DNA of 62,923 bases, filler included, from Rhabdomonas costata (GCA_019059605.1; 57 parts of 57 records of this genome joined end to end with filler, not necessarily neighbours in it); one strand, 5' to 3'; counted from the whole stretch's first letter, positions 49,654-62,923 are shown. Program-made: numbers and translations. The notes: generated by a model not told the origin, from the sequence alone.

Positions 49654-50878
49654 ACCNNNNNNNNNNNNNNNNNNNNNNNNNNNNNNNNNNNNNNNNNNNN
49701 TTAATTAATTAANNNNNNNNNNNNNNNNNNNNNNNNNNNNNNNNNNNNNNNNNNNNGTTTTGGTTTTTCGTAAAAATAAAAGTTCAGATATTTAAATTAA
49801 AAATGCACACGACAGCCGGTATCACCTATTCCAGCGACCTCCCTTTGCCACATGGCACCGGACTCCCAGAGGATCGTATGATTAACATGAACTTTCTGAT
49901 TCTGGTGTCCCTCTGTCGTGGGGAGCCGTCACATTCAACACAGGGAATGAAATTGGTGCAGCCGTTCGCTCGATGGAGAGCTCGTGAATCAAATCGTTTT
50001 GCCCTGCCCAAGTGCGCATCTTCTTGGCTTGCCTTCATTTTTTCAACCCACCTTTGCTTCCTGTACATAGTGCCACTCCTCTTCTGTTTCTCTGCCACTG
50101 TAAATCAGTTCTTTTCTTTCACCCACACTGTGAACACTTGTGAACACATTACCAGCTGCACGGGATTCTTTGTAATGCAGCTGTCAAATGGTTCCGTTCG
50201 TTAGCCCGAAAGAACCTTGACAGGAGTCGTTTACTCGTTTGCTGGGAGTAATCTTACAGAGTAGCATCACGATATAATCATATGGCCTATGTGGAATTTT
50301 GGACCCACGGTTCCGGAGAAGATAATGGTCTCGCATGGGGTTAGGAGGATTGAAAACAGGAGGGGGGACTTTCAGATCAACTGTTCAGAGCAAAGAAGGA
50401 GCCATTGTTGTGAAGCTGACAAGGTCGGACAAGCTGAAAAACTCTTAACACCGTTGTACGTTTAACGCCCCCCCCCCTCCGACCAGTATTCTGGTCCGAG
50501 GGAACACACTACTCGGGGAAACAACAGGTAAATAACAGAAAAAGAGATTCAATTTAAAAGGCAAAAAGGAGTTGAAAATAGCAATTAATCCTGAAACTCT
50601 GGCACTCCTTGCCCTAACCAAATTCCATTTTAAACCCTGAAGAACCTCAAGAAGAGTCAAAATGAACTTAAATGCCACTAAGGCTTAAAAATAGCCAAAA
50701 ATAAGCAAATTTACGCTTAAATAGTATCTGTGGCTTTAACTTCGCTACTCCCCCCACCCCCCCNNNNNNNNNNNNNNNNNNNNNNNNNNNNNNNNNNNNN
50801 NNNNNNNTTAATTAATTAANNNNNNNNNNNNNNNNNNNNNNNNNNNNNNNNNNNNNNNNNNNNTTGTTTGGTTGCCAG

Positions 50879-51548
50879 CGTGGCGTTGGAGTCCAGACTG
50901 GAGTGCACGGCGGCCATCCTGTGGGACATCGAGCGAGAGGCGGTTTGCGTGTGCACCCTGTGTGGACATCGCGCTCGTGTTTTATTAGATTATTAGAATA
51001 AATTAAGTCTCCGCTCTTGCTGTGGACGGTTTAAATCCATAAGTCTCTTGGTCGTTCCTTTCTGGTTTCTTGGCGACGAAAGATGAGCTTATTCAAGGGA
51101 CGAGTATATGCGTATTCACCCCGGAGTCGGGTGCGGGTGGTTGTTGCAAAGTTATCGCGTGCATCATCGCTGTGTAATCTCTGCACCCATTTTGGTCACA
51201 TAGGGTTGCGGTATGGCGCTCGTACATATCCACTGTTGAATAATTTGTTCTCATCCTCTGCGAATCGTTTGATATAAATAACCACACCATTCATTTCCTT
51301 TGACAATTTTCCTCATTCCGCTGCAAAGGTGGTGAGCTGCTTACCTGGGCAAGGAGCCCTCCTGCTATGCGCGCGGCTGTGCGCCTCGGACAGCTCGCTG
51401 CTGTTCTCGGGGGACTCCCAGGGCCACGTCTTGGTGGTGGACCTGCGAGCTGGAGCCCGCGTGGTGGGCACCCTCCGGAACTCCTCTGCGGTGTACTCCG
51501 TGGAGGTGGAGCAGGGCTGCCGACATATTATCACGGGAGACGAGGAGG
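50879..51548 (+). CDS. WD40-repeat protein; exons 50879-50942 and 51329-51548
   Basis: AAILWDIERE, LLFSGDSQGHVLVVDLR and VYSVEV...HIITGDEEG WD40 strands; GT-AG introns. Confidence 0.8.
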
Positions 51549-52159
51549 GTATGTTCTGGAATCCTCCCTCCCAAGGGGCTTCTGTTCCTTCCGTCTTGGT
51601 TTGCTTGGGGGGGGGGGTTCCTTGCTTATTCTTGTGCTGTGATTCTTTCGCTCACCGCGGTGACGTTCCTGCTGGCAGCTGTAACCAAGTGACAGCAGTG
51701 AAAATGATTACAAACGAGTCTTCAGTATTTTCCATCCAACCACCACCATCACCTCTGTTTTCGGTGTTATCCTCATTCACCACCGCCTGTTTAATGTTTC
51801 AGTTTGCTGTTATCCTCATTTTGCATTTGAGCCTCACCGTATTGAAGTCCTTTTCGTGGGGCATAACCCNNNNNNNNNNNNNNNNNNNNNNNNNNNNNNN
51901 NNNNNNNNNNNNNTTAATTAATTAANNNNNNNNNNNNNNNNNNNNNNNNNNNNNNNNNNNNNNNNNNNNGTTGGTTCGATCCTTGAAACAATGCCAACCA
52001 GGAGTTGAACTTTGTGACACTGGTGACTGTCGTAAATACGTTGTTGAGCACGAACGTAGCTAGAGTGACAGTAGTGGCATATCCAAACGCATCCTCGTTG
52101 TTATAAATGTATCCAGAGTGATACGGTTCATTTTCTTGCACATCACAAGTGACGTCAAA

Positions 52160-52974
52160 CACACGTCAAACACCAAACCCATAATTCTCACTATCCCCAT
52201 CACCACCACAAGATCCAGCACAGAAAGAGTCAGTAACATCACCACCAGAGTCACCCGCATCAAATAATCCAACTCCTCTCCTCACACAGAACCAAACGCC
52301 AATCCAACAGTCACCATGTCACCCACTCCAGCAGCCAATCCAACACCACACATTAACCTACAGAGACACCAACTCAAACATACACACCAAGAACTCGCAT
52401 TCCAACACCACAACAGTCACGCAGAACCCAATCAAACTTACAAACAACAACACAACTATCAACAACCCAAACGTTATCGCGAACACCATACCCACACACC
52501 CTACGACACAGACACCACCACTCAAACCACACAGTCACACCAACACCACAGGAAATTACACCACCAAACACCAATCCATACACCACCACCACCACCACCA
52601 CCAACAATAACAATAACAACAAGAACACAAGCGCACACAAAGAACCATATGACCTATCCCAATACCTCCAGAAGAACCGTAGCACCTGAAAACCCATCCA
52701 CTCACGCCACCTCCACCCGCAACAACAGTGACATCATTGGAATCCAAGCACTATGCACAACACACCACCAATACCCTGAGCTACCCCAATACAATATGAA
52801 CCCCACACTAACCCAACCTCCACTCCACACCAACCAACACCACCAAACGTCTGCGCACAAACAACAACCACTACACACCAACACATAAGAATACACGCGA
52901 GAGACATTAGCCCAAAAACACACCCAGCGCACCACAGAAACCATGATGATAGCCAGACACAACACAGAACAAGA
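52160..52974. other. C/A-skewed low-complexity tract (same class as 16590-17594, opposite strand), probable WGA artefact
   Basis: Almost G-free on + strand; the H/T/Q/P-rich ORF is compositional. Confidence 0.6.
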
Positions 52975-54959
52975 NNNNNNNNNNNNNNNNNNNNNNNNNN
53001 NNNNNNNNNNNNNNNNNNTTAATTAATTAANNNNNNNNNNNNNNNNNNNNNNNNNNNNNNNNNNNNNNNNNNNNGGGTTTGGGTATCTTTGTGTCAATGG
53101 TTCGGTGTTTAGTAGAATTGAGCGCAGACAAATGCCCTCATTTCAAGATTCGTTTGGCTTTTGGTGTGTGGTTCGCTACGGTTGGTTTCGCCTCTCCTTT
53201 GTCGCCGTGCGGGTCCATGCAGGTCTGTGAATAGCTTGTCTTGAAAATCCTTCTTTCGTACTAGGTCCGGCTTGGCGGTGGTCTGCGTTCGGCTTTTTGG
53301 TTTGCGTGATACTTTTCTTTGTGAAATACCAACTTTTCTTGGCGGTTCCAATCCAAGCGCACGAATTTGGAAAGAACCGTGCTTGCAAGAACTTGGAGGA
53401 TCTTTTGTCGTTGGAAATGGCTCGGGTTGTCTGTGTGGTTTCGCTGGCGGGGTTGCCATTGTCCAACACCGCCGGCGACCTTTTAAGCGCCCCGTTTGTG
53501 AAAATATGGCACCGCAAAATATGCGAAATATGGAAGAGGGGGGCTCCGGCTGGGTAATTATTGTCCGCAAAAAGCGCCCTTTCACTTGCAATCGCGCTTT
53601 GTCATCCCCTTAATGCCATGGCCGCTTCGAAATTACGCCTTGGCGCCCCCGCACCACTTTAAGACGCAAAGTCATTCGAAAATTTATGGCCCCACCCCGA
53701 CTGCCTAACAACCTGGCAACGACGCAAGCGCACCCCCATCAAAACCCTTTCCGCCCCAGCGGGAAGAAGCAGGGAACCAGGTCGTGAATTCGTAAATAAA
53801 ACTGTTTTTACGAATTACAGCAAATTTTACGAAAAAAAAACTGCGAACCCAGAATCATAAGGCCCAAGGAAACGCAAGTTTCCTTCCTTCGCTTTCTTGA
53901 CCGCGGTTTGCTTCTATACTTTGTATTTTTTGCCCTCTCCTGCTGAATCCCTGACATTATTGTCCAGGTGCAAAACGATCTCAGTCTCGGCACAACCAAC
54001 ATTGTCCAAGACCAACAGTCCGGGGGGTGGATGATGTCCCCAGACCCAACAGGAGGCACAGGTGCAAACTCACACCAACCNNNNNNNNNNNNNNNNNNNN
54101 NNNNNNNNNNNNNNNNNNNNNNNNTTAATTAATTAANNNNNNNNNNNNNNNNNNNNNNNNNNNNNNNNNNNNNNNNNNNNCCCCTTTTTTTTATGCCGCT
54201 GGTCCCAAAAATGCAGTGTAAGTGGTGATGAGTGCAGCCCATAGTTGAGGGTTTGGCGTGGGAGTGAAAATACGGTATGGAAATGATGAGCTCTCCGCGC
54301 CTAATCTCCTGTCCTTTCGGACTTGAGGTACACAAGTGCAAAGGCGACGTTTCGGCCTAAACAACAGTTTTTTTTTGAAGGTGACACAGGCGTGTTTCGG
54401 GTGCACGGCGTGCACCTTCAACGCCCAACTTCAGGCGACGCACTGACTGCCCTGATTTAGTACCACTCAGCCCAGTGCTTGAACTGCTCCGACAAAAGTC
54501 TCAGTTAACGGTGGAGCCTACCATATAAACTGATCTATGATACTGTGATGCTCTGCCGATGCCGATGCAAGGGGTCTTTTCTTTAGACATTACGATGCCC
54601 TCCCCCACAAGAAAGCACTGCTTCAAACCAGTTATGTCCCATACAGTCCCTCAGTAAAATGTCAATAACATTCACTGTTGCTGTCATGTGCAGGTTTGTT
54701 TCGCTGTCGAAGTGCCCCTTTGTTTTCTTGTCTTCGCGCGCGCTTGCGTGTGTGGAAACTCGAGAACAATCCCACACTTCAGAAAAATTGAGTTGAATGT
54801 GCTTGCAACACGCCAGTGAAAGCTTCCCTGTTTCTGGCTTTTGCACCCTTTTTGTGCGGGCATGCCGTGGATGTGGTACAAAAAAGCATCTTGAAGGGCG
54901 CTTTTTGAGGCCTTCTCGACTCGCTCTAATTCCAAGCGTTTGTGTGGGCTGCGGTAAAG

Positions 54960-55146
54960 GGCCATGAGGTGAGCGGGTACATCGACTACGGGCACCGGCT
55001 GAAGACCGAGGACTTCGAGGAGTACTTCGACCGGAAGAAGAAGTTGCTGCCCAAGCCCGCCGACCTTTCGTACTACAACTGGAAGACCCAGACCCTGAGC
55101 TACAACAACTCCAGCACCTTCCAAGTCATTGCGGACAACGAGATGG
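54960..55146 (+). CDS. CFAP299: Cilia- and flagella-associated protein 299 (C4orf22 family) exon
   Basis: [39 protein letters not shown]......[15 protein letters not shown]. Confidence 0.88.
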
Positions 55147-56937
55147 GTTCGCCCCTGCACCCCCCAACACCAAACACACCCACCACNNNNNNNNNNNNNN
55201 NNNNNNNNNNNNNNNNNNNNNNNNNNNNNNTTAATTAATTAANNNNNNNNNNNNNNNNNNNNNNNNNNNNNNNNNNNNNNNNNNNNTGGGGGTGGTGGGC
55301 GTCTGCAGACCAGAGACCAGAGGTGGACACAACCTTGACATAGTTGAGGGCTACCAGACAAGAGGTTGGAATGACCAGTCAGAAAAGTCAGAAAAGAAAT
55401 GCGAGATGGGGTACAAAGAAGGACTGGTGGTTTTAGATGAATACGTGTTGTGATTTTATTAAGCAAATGGTTTCATTCTAACACAAAACTAAGGAAGTGT
55501 TGGACTGTGTGCTGCTCCAGCATTGTTCATGCTTGGGCTGTGCTGGTTGGAACCAAGCGCCGTAACGCTTATTTCCCGCGATTCCAGCCCGTCATTTTTT
55601 CCAGTCAAGCGGGAGACCACACAGTTCTCGCTGCTCTGCGGTCACGGAGCACCTACCTTTCACATGAACAACAGCGCAGAGAGTTATACAGGTAATAACG
55701 TGCAAAGGACATGAACCCACAAACATAGAAACAGACAAAATCATGTCCAGACGTTGTGGGTCTGGCCGAAAATCGGAGGAACGGCTCAGCCCACCACTGC
55801 ACTCACAAGACTGGGGAAGTCAACCTTAATATTCACATTCTCATCCAGAAGCCCTGGTATTGCGCGCACTACGCAGGGAAACAGCAGCCCCCTGAGTTGA
55901 CTCATTATATCGCAGCCGAATGCCAGAGATACCTCAAACGACGCAGTTCGACCAACTTCAGTTTCAACACAAACGCCCATCCAAACACTATTCTGACAAA
56001 AAGGAGGGGGACAGTCCTTCCTGACGTTGCACTTTGGTTCGGCAAGACTCCTCGTCGCAAAAATAGGGGGATGTATGACAACCCCAACCCTGATGCGTAC
56101 ACACAGGCAGAAAATGGCAACCGATTGCAACGTTTCACGACGCGTTTTATCACTGCGTCAGAGCATGGCTGACGGTCGTGGCCCTCTACTTCTCTCCCTT
56201 CAATTTCCAGGTGCTGCGCTGCCGCTTGCACCACTCACTGGCCGCTGCCCAGTACCGAGCGGAGTTGAGTTCTAACAAGTGCCCACCCACACNNNNNNNN
56301 NNNNNNNNNNNNNNNNNNNNNNNNNNNNNNNNNNNNTTAATTAATTAANNNNNNNNNNNNNNNNNNNNNNNNNNNNNNNNNNNNNNNNNNNNAAACAACT
56401 TCTTTCCTCCAGGAACAAACACGCCGGAGATATAAGAGGAGAGTAAGTTGGAAGCAGCAGAAGCAGAAGCAGCAGAAGCAGCCGAGGTGAGAGAGGTGCT
56501 TCAAACATTTCAACGGGTGACGTTTTGGATGAGCGAATGCCCTCCCTGGGGTCCTCACCGCCAGTGGGGGGTGCTTCCGATGGGCACGGCACCCCAGGAA
56601 CTGCGCCGCAGTGCCAGCTGCAACGGGAACTCGAGGAAATTAAAAAGAGGGTCCGCGTGCAGCTGGAGGGGTGCAAACAAAGCGCCACTAGTGGGAATGT
56701 TTCCGAAGGTGGTGGCGTCACCGGTGCTTCAGCAAACACTGCATCCTCGTCTGCACCGGTTTGCGCATGCACGTGTGCGTGTGGTTATGTGGTTTGCGCG
56801 CTTACTCTGCAGCACACATCACTGGTACCTCCAAATTGCCGTTGTATCTTGTCACCTCTTTTGATTGTGCTTATGTCTTAAATTGCGAAGGGGTTGAAGC
56901 TTTTACTGTGGTTACTTGTCGTGGTGACCTCCTTCAG

Positions 56938-57243
56938 CTGACCGCAGCAGTCACACCCGAGCAAGCCCTGTATGCCGAGTTATACAAGCAGAAGGGGAAC
57001 GAGAGCTTCAAGGCCGGTCTCTTCGCGCAGGCCGCCGAGCTGTTCACCCAGGTGGGCTGTTGCTTCGTTGCACCTTATTGCTTGAACTGGGCTGCTCCTG
57101 CGCATTTTGGCCTGTGGGTGCAGGCCGTCCACTACGACTCCACAAATGCGGTGCTCTTCAGCAACCGTTCTGCGTGCTACTGTAGCCTGAAGAAGTTTGA
57201 CAAGGCTCTGGAGGACGCCAATTTGGCAATCAAGTTCAAGCCG
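56938..57243 (+). CDS. STI1/HOP-type TPR co-chaperone domain; exons 56938-57051 and 57124-57243 (72-nt in-frame intron)
   Basis: AELYKQKGNESFKAG.F.QA.ELFTQ|AVHYDSTNAVLFSNRSACY..LKKFDKALEDA..AI..KP with carboxylate-clamp residues. Confidence 0.88.
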
Positions 57244-60200
57244 GTGTTAGCGCGAAATTTGCTTGTTGTGCTATAGTCTCTGTGGCTCCTTGAGCCTACA
57301 CATGTGCTCTCTCAAACCGGTCCCAGATACCCCAACTCAGACCAAATCAAAGAGTCCAAAGAAGTCAAAGACCTTGTCTACAATAATTTTTCTCTATTNN
57401 NNNNNNNNNNNNNNNNNNNNNNNNNNNNNNNNNNNNNNNNNNTTAATTAATTAANNNNNNNNNNNNNNNNNNNNNNNNNNNNNNNNNNNNNNNNNNNNTT
57501 TGTGGGGGCCCTTCTTGTTGAAGGGCGCGTAAGGAAAGTGTGGAGTGTGAACTGTGGAAGGGGAGTTGCAGGTGAGAACCAAAGCGTCAAAAAGGGAAAC
57601 TAAACATCGCGTGCAGGGCAACCAAAAAGCACCCTACAAGAACCCTACCCCAGCATTACACCGAATATTTAGAACCGAAATTCCGCCGGCAAGAATTCTT
57701 TGCGCTCAGCCCCACAATGGTGTGCCCACATTCACCCCTTAATTACGCCTGAGCAACCTTAACAAACACATTGTACGGTTGTACGGTTCCTCTGCAAGCT
57801 TTCGGACAAACGTGGGAGCTCAGCAGAACACATCAGTGCGAGTATTGCTGCAATTGGCATATGTGACCGCAGAGAGTAAAGCGCCCCTGGGTAGGGACAG
57901 GCGCTCTCTCTCTGGAGCTCTATGATCAAAAATCCTGTATAGTATACGAATGTTATAAGTGAAAAAAAACGGCCAAAGTAAAATGGACAAATGCGAAAAA
58001 AAAAACAAAAAAAAACAAGAACATGTTTTCGAAAAAGGACCCATTCCACCCCAAGTGAGTGGACCTCCAGAAACTACCCCCTGAGGTTTGTGGTCGACTT
58101 AAGGTTGAAGCTCCGGGGGCTGGGGGAGGCTTTAGTGACGCCCACCAGGTGTCCGACGAAAAAGGAAAGACTCAAAAGAAAATTATGGGCAAATCCAGGA
58201 AAAAGGACCAATTCATGGAAAAGGACCAAAAGGTTCGCCACTTAGTGTAAAAACAACAACAACAACTGCAGACCAAATGGGACTCCTGATCAAATGTTTC
58301 GAAGACAGTGAGCCTTTTTGAGAGCCTTTTTGGTTTGTCCTATTTAGGAAACTGCACGAGTAACCCCAACGCACCGCCCTTCTCAAAGAACTGAGCACAA
58401 ACGAACCTCAAAGTCACCAGCACACCACACGTGCCATTGTGCATTGTGCACCCACAGTGCCACCAGTGCGCCGCCCACATCCACTGCTCTGGGGGTACAC
58501 ACNNNNNNNNNNNNNNNNNNNNNNNNNNNNNNNNNNNNNNNNNNNNTTAATTAATTAANNNNNNNNNNNNNNNNNNNNNNNNNNNNNNNNNNNNNNNNNN
58601 NNGGGGTGTGGGGGGTATTCAGAGCAGCTACCGAGCTGCTCAGCGAAAATGCGTCTGTCTTGTTCCAACTGATTCAGTGTGTACCTGGGTTTTGCACCTA
58701 TCTCCCAGCAAGAAAATCAATGTTGCCGCCACATCCGCACGTGCTAACACGGTAGGGTGGATAAGAAGCAAGCCTGGTGCACTGGCGTTCGAGCAACATC
58801 ATTTGTGCACTGTTTTTCTGTATAAAAAAATCCTGCCATCACTCTCTGTATGTCGGTACAGCTCCGTTGTTGCCTCGCCTCTGGAAAGTGAGAAGGTGAA
58901 GGCTGCGAAGACTTTTCCTCCGGCGGTATTTCGCCGTTCGATCCCTTTTCTATTGTTTATGTGACCGACGGCGACAAAATAATATTTTTCACTGCCTCTA
59001 TTATTGCGCCATGGAACATTTATATTTTGGAACTGGCCGAACTTGGTTGATTTCTCAGATATTTCCCATCGGCCAATTCTGGAGTTCGGGGTTCGGGCGC
59101 TAGGTTTTCAGTATGCAAGGGTGTTGGTGTCAGCTTTCATTCCTGCGCTCAGGGAGGTCGGCGAAGGCACCGTAAGCCTCCTCAGAGACGCTCTACGACC
59201 CAGCCGCATGGGATCAGGTGGCAAAGGGAGAGGGGCTCCGCAAATGTGTCCCACCGAACGCCACTCTAAGTTTGGTCCTCGTCTTCGGAACAATTACCTT
59301 ACAATTACCTTTGCCTGTGAGGATTCACAGTGGGAGGTGTTTGAAGTAGGGTTCAAGTGTTCTCAGCAGTTCGGCAGACACCCTCACACAGAGAACACAT
59401 CGCAAGGCTGTGCGTGTTCCGAAGAATTCACAGTTGGTACTGTTGGTACTGTTGGCTTTCGTTCGCCAACCGTTATGTTGTTACCCTTTCACATCCAAAC
59501 GCATGCTCAGAACCACGGGCACTGCCAACAGCAGTTTCGAACATCTGTTCAACTGTATAGGGTGAATTTTCGCAAAGGGCCACTTGCATCAGGACATGCC
59601 CACAAACANNNNNNNNNNNNNNNNNNNNNNNNNNNNNNNNNNNNNNNNNNNNTTAATTAATTAANNNNNNNNNNNNNNNNNNNNNNNNNNNNNNNNNNNN
59701 NNNNNNNNGTGTTGGGTGTTTCTGTGGCTCGGTGCTGTTGTGGGTCGGTCGACAGGGTTGGGTGCGGGTGTTGGAACGGGGTGTATGGAGTTCATCCACC
59801 TGATAGTGTGTCCAAAGCTTTGCTTTCTCCTCGATGTCCGCCTGGCTGGTTCCCGTGGCTCTCATGCTCTCACTCTGTCACTTATATATGTTCTAGTCAG
59901 GACGCACAGAAACCCGCCTGCATTCCTTGCAGGTTGTGCACCTGAAGACGTTTGTCCTTTTTTGTTGTGAGCTTCAAGTTCTTCGCCACTGGTGTCCCTG
60001 CTGCTGTCTATAATGTGCATGCAGAGCCCTGGAAATCAAGGATTGCTGCTCTCCATAAGCTGGAGCAGTGCCCCCACATGCGGACGGGTTCAGGGGCAGG
60101 AGATCGCTGAAGAAATGGGCTGGGCTCTTGGCAACGAGCTGTCAGCTTTCTCGGGTGTTCGGGATACCTCTGCGTATATTCGAGATTCGCCGCTGGAATC

Positions 60201-61360
60201 CTTCCAGGCGCCCTTGGAAGGATATCCTACTCTTCTGCTCCACTTCTGGCCGCCGCCACCCCAGTTTCGGGCGGTTCTGCACGTCCCCAGAAGACTCTCC
60301 AAAGACACCACCACCGGCACCTGTGCTTACGTCAGCGGAAACTCCGAACCCAGCTCCAAAGCCATCGCCGAAGACAGCGCCAAAACCAGCTCCCAAGCCA
60401 ACCCCAAGGTCAGTGTCGCACCGGCAGTCCCCGGTGCACTTCCGAATGTGCGTCCGCCACCAAAGCCAGCTCCGCACTCACAGGCCGGTACCCCTCCCAG
60501 CACTTCGGTGCATCCTATTAGAGCGGCGCCGCCTGCCGTTGCAGCGCCCCAGTCTCCCCACCGCAGAATCTCTGTCTCTGCTCCACAAGCTCCCTCGACT
60601 CCCGCAGCTCAGAAAGTTCCTGCCGTCCCATCAGGACGCAGTCCGCCTGGCGAATCTCCGCGCAATGCTCTGCAGCGGGCGGTTAACAATCTCCGCCGCA
60701 TTATACCACAAACCNNNNNNNNNNNNNNNNNNNNNNNNNNNNNNNNNNNNNNNNNNNNTTAATTAATTAANNNNNNNNNNNNNNNNNNNNNNNNNNNNNN
60801 NNNNNNNNNNNNNNGTGGTGGGTGTGTTTGGGGGTGGTGGGGATTGATTCATCGGAGGTCTGTGCTTCGTCTTGTCACAGTTCTCCGTTCATATACGAGG
60901 TCCGAGAAAGGCTTATTTTTATTTTTATACGACATTCGAATGACCGGCTTGGCGGGTAAGAAGACCTTGAGCTCATACTCCCGGACATAAGAAGAGTATA
61001 CGCATTCCGGTATACTTCTAAGTGTAAGTGAGGTGAAAGGGGTGAACTGCGAGTTGAGCAGCTGAATGATCAGATGTCTCACTGGAGTGACTGGTGTTTC
61101 GACCTTGGCCGAGTGGTTGGGTCATCATCAGCAAGGCACCATCTCCGCCAGCCTTGGACGTTCTTCGTCGGGTTCTTTGTGACTGTGGGTGGAGATCGAC
61201 TTTTTGTGCTATGCTTGAAATCGGAAATCGGAGGATGGATCGGGTTCTGGGTGTGCGAGGTTTGGGGTGAAGTGATGATGGATGCACTGGGGCTATGGTC
61301 GGGGTTATGTGAGAGTATGAGAGAGAACGAGAGAAAGCGGCGCACACCGGGACGGAGCAC

Positions 61361-61645
61361 TTGAAGAACGAGATCATCAGACGCAGGCCGTAGAAGTTGG
61401 TCATCCCCCGCAGGTCGTTGGCGTCGACATACGTCACCAGCTTCCCCGTGGAGTTCACCACGGGCACCGCGGGCAGGCCCAGCTCGCGCATCACCCGGAA
61501 GGCCTCCATAGTGGGCTCGCGCTGGTTCACCGCCCGCACGAAGCCGGACACCAGCCCCAGCTCCTGGATCGTGCGCTGGCCGGTCTCCCCCAGGATGTCC
61601 GGGAAGTGGAACACAAACCGCGCCAGGTCCCGCTGCGTGATGCAC
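61361..61645 (-). CDS. CBS-domain protein (AMPK-gamma/SDS23-like) exon
   Basis: CITQRDLARF...TIQELGL...V..V......EAFRVM...GLPAVPVVNSTGKLV..VDANDLRG; cag acceptor, GTGCTC donor. Confidence 0.85.
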
Positions 61646-62923
61646 CTGTTGCCAAAAAGTGCAGGTTCTTTTTTGGTCGGACAATGATGGGTGTGTCACC
61701 AAAGCTACCCGCTATCACGCACGGCAAGAGGGGAAACCCCGTTAGCTTGCACATCCCATTAAGAACCTAGGAACTGAAGAGCATACGAATGCAAAGCAGC
61801 AGCAGAGAACAAAAAACAACNNNNNNNNNNNNNNNNNNNNNNNNNNNNNNNNNNNNNNNNNNNNTTAATTAATTAANNNNNNNNNNNNNNNNNNNNNNNN
61901 NNNNNNNNNNNNNNNNNNNNTGGACCGCGGAAACTACACCGGAGGACAAAGCGGCGGTGTGAAAGGATGGCTAGTTCTTGACCCCTGTGCACCTGTGCGG
62001 CGGTGTTTTTGCCTTATATTTGGTGCCTTTGCTTTTAGATGGGTTGTTAGTGGGCAGAGTAGGACAGTCTACCACCATTCGGTACCCGTTGCCCACAAGC
62101 AGGCGGGCAAACCAGACCGGTGCTAGACCGGTGGTAAACCAGACAGGCACGTGCACCGTCAGCCGTCGTAGATACGTCCTGGTAAAGTCCAGCCGCAAAA
62201 CCCAACGGAAGCTAGGAAGCGATGCAAAGCAAGATGCGATGTAGAGTCGGGGATGGAATGGTACGCTTTCCACTCCAGGGAGGTATCGTGCTCCGAGTGG
62301 GTCCCTTCCGAGGCGGTGGTTCTGGATGCAGGTGAGTCCACTGCATCTACCCCTTAGAAGTCAAATGGGTCGGGGTAGTACTCCTCCTCAGGCAGTGGGA
62401 ACACTTGCTGTGGAAGGGGATCGGTGGTCGAGTCTTCCTTCCCCGCCACAACGTCGGAATTGTGGGACTCAGGTGGTTGTGGTTCGGGTACATGTGTGCA
62501 CGAGGTGCTTCTGCGGTATGCAAGCGTGAGGTAGAAGCTCCAATGTAGAGGGTGGGACATCGGCTGAAACTGGGATCTTTGTGTAGGCCATGGGGGGCAT
62601 GGTCTGCTGTTGATTTGGGTTTGATGTCTGCAATGATCGGGGTGGGGACTGAGGCGCAGCTGGATGCGCAGCTGGCTGCGCTCCCTCCCAGCGTGGCGGG
62701 GGCCGACTTGTAATGGGTTTGTGCTTTAGGCGGAATTTCCCGCTGTGAATTGCTGCCTGCTGGATTCGTCGAAACTCTGCTTTGACTTGTTGGCGTAGGA
62801 AGATGACTCCGTCCGAATTAAGCCCAGAGCCTCGTCTACACCAGGTAGTCCGTCCTTACTGATACAATTACCGTACAATACTTGTAACACTCTCCCCAGC
62901 TCTACACAACAACACGCTCCGTC

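Noticed and set aside
43319..50480. Shared CGTTTAACGC(n) motif at about 43319 and 50459
   Set aside because: Match is mostly a homopolymer; could be a TE end but is unsupported
52316..52888. 190-aa His/Thr/Gln-rich ORF, and similar long ORFs at 16602-17650 and 47616-48137
   Set aside because: Open only because skewed composition lacks stop codons
1007..61920. Regular TTAATTAATTAA repeat with unique inserts, superficially like a CRISPR or cassette array
   Set aside because: Flanked by fixed N44 runs with size-matched inserts; it is an assembly concatenation spacer

Overview
This window is not a contiguous locus. It is 57 unrelated contigs of about 1.0 kb joined by 56 identical artificial spacers (N44-TTAATTAATTAA-N44, stops in all six frames), so gene neighbourhood carries no information. 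The DNA is from an intron-rich, flagellated microbial eukaryote. RPL17 residues and the splice-donor pattern point to Euglenozoa, probably a euglenid (inference). Contig ends carry G/T-only primer-like tails and fold-back inverted repeats typical of single-cell whole-genome amplification. Recognisable exon fragments: RPL17, RPA1 (RNA Pol I), UPF2, THOC2, CFAP299, SAC9-like phosphatase, thiolase, histidine kinase HisKA, papain-like protease, two fucosyltransferase-like proteins, OTU, WD40, TPR and CBS proteins. Mobile or decayed DNA: a CRE/SLACS-like LINE, a Ty3/Gypsy RT, a DIRS/VIPER-like tyrosine-recombinase element and a decayed toxin-type ADP-ribosyltransferase. No multi-gene novel system can be supported. 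The best leads are a Pro at the invariant trigger-loop His of RPA1, the ART pseudogene, a bacterial-type thiolase with spliceosomal introns, and a GTNYG donor consensus.
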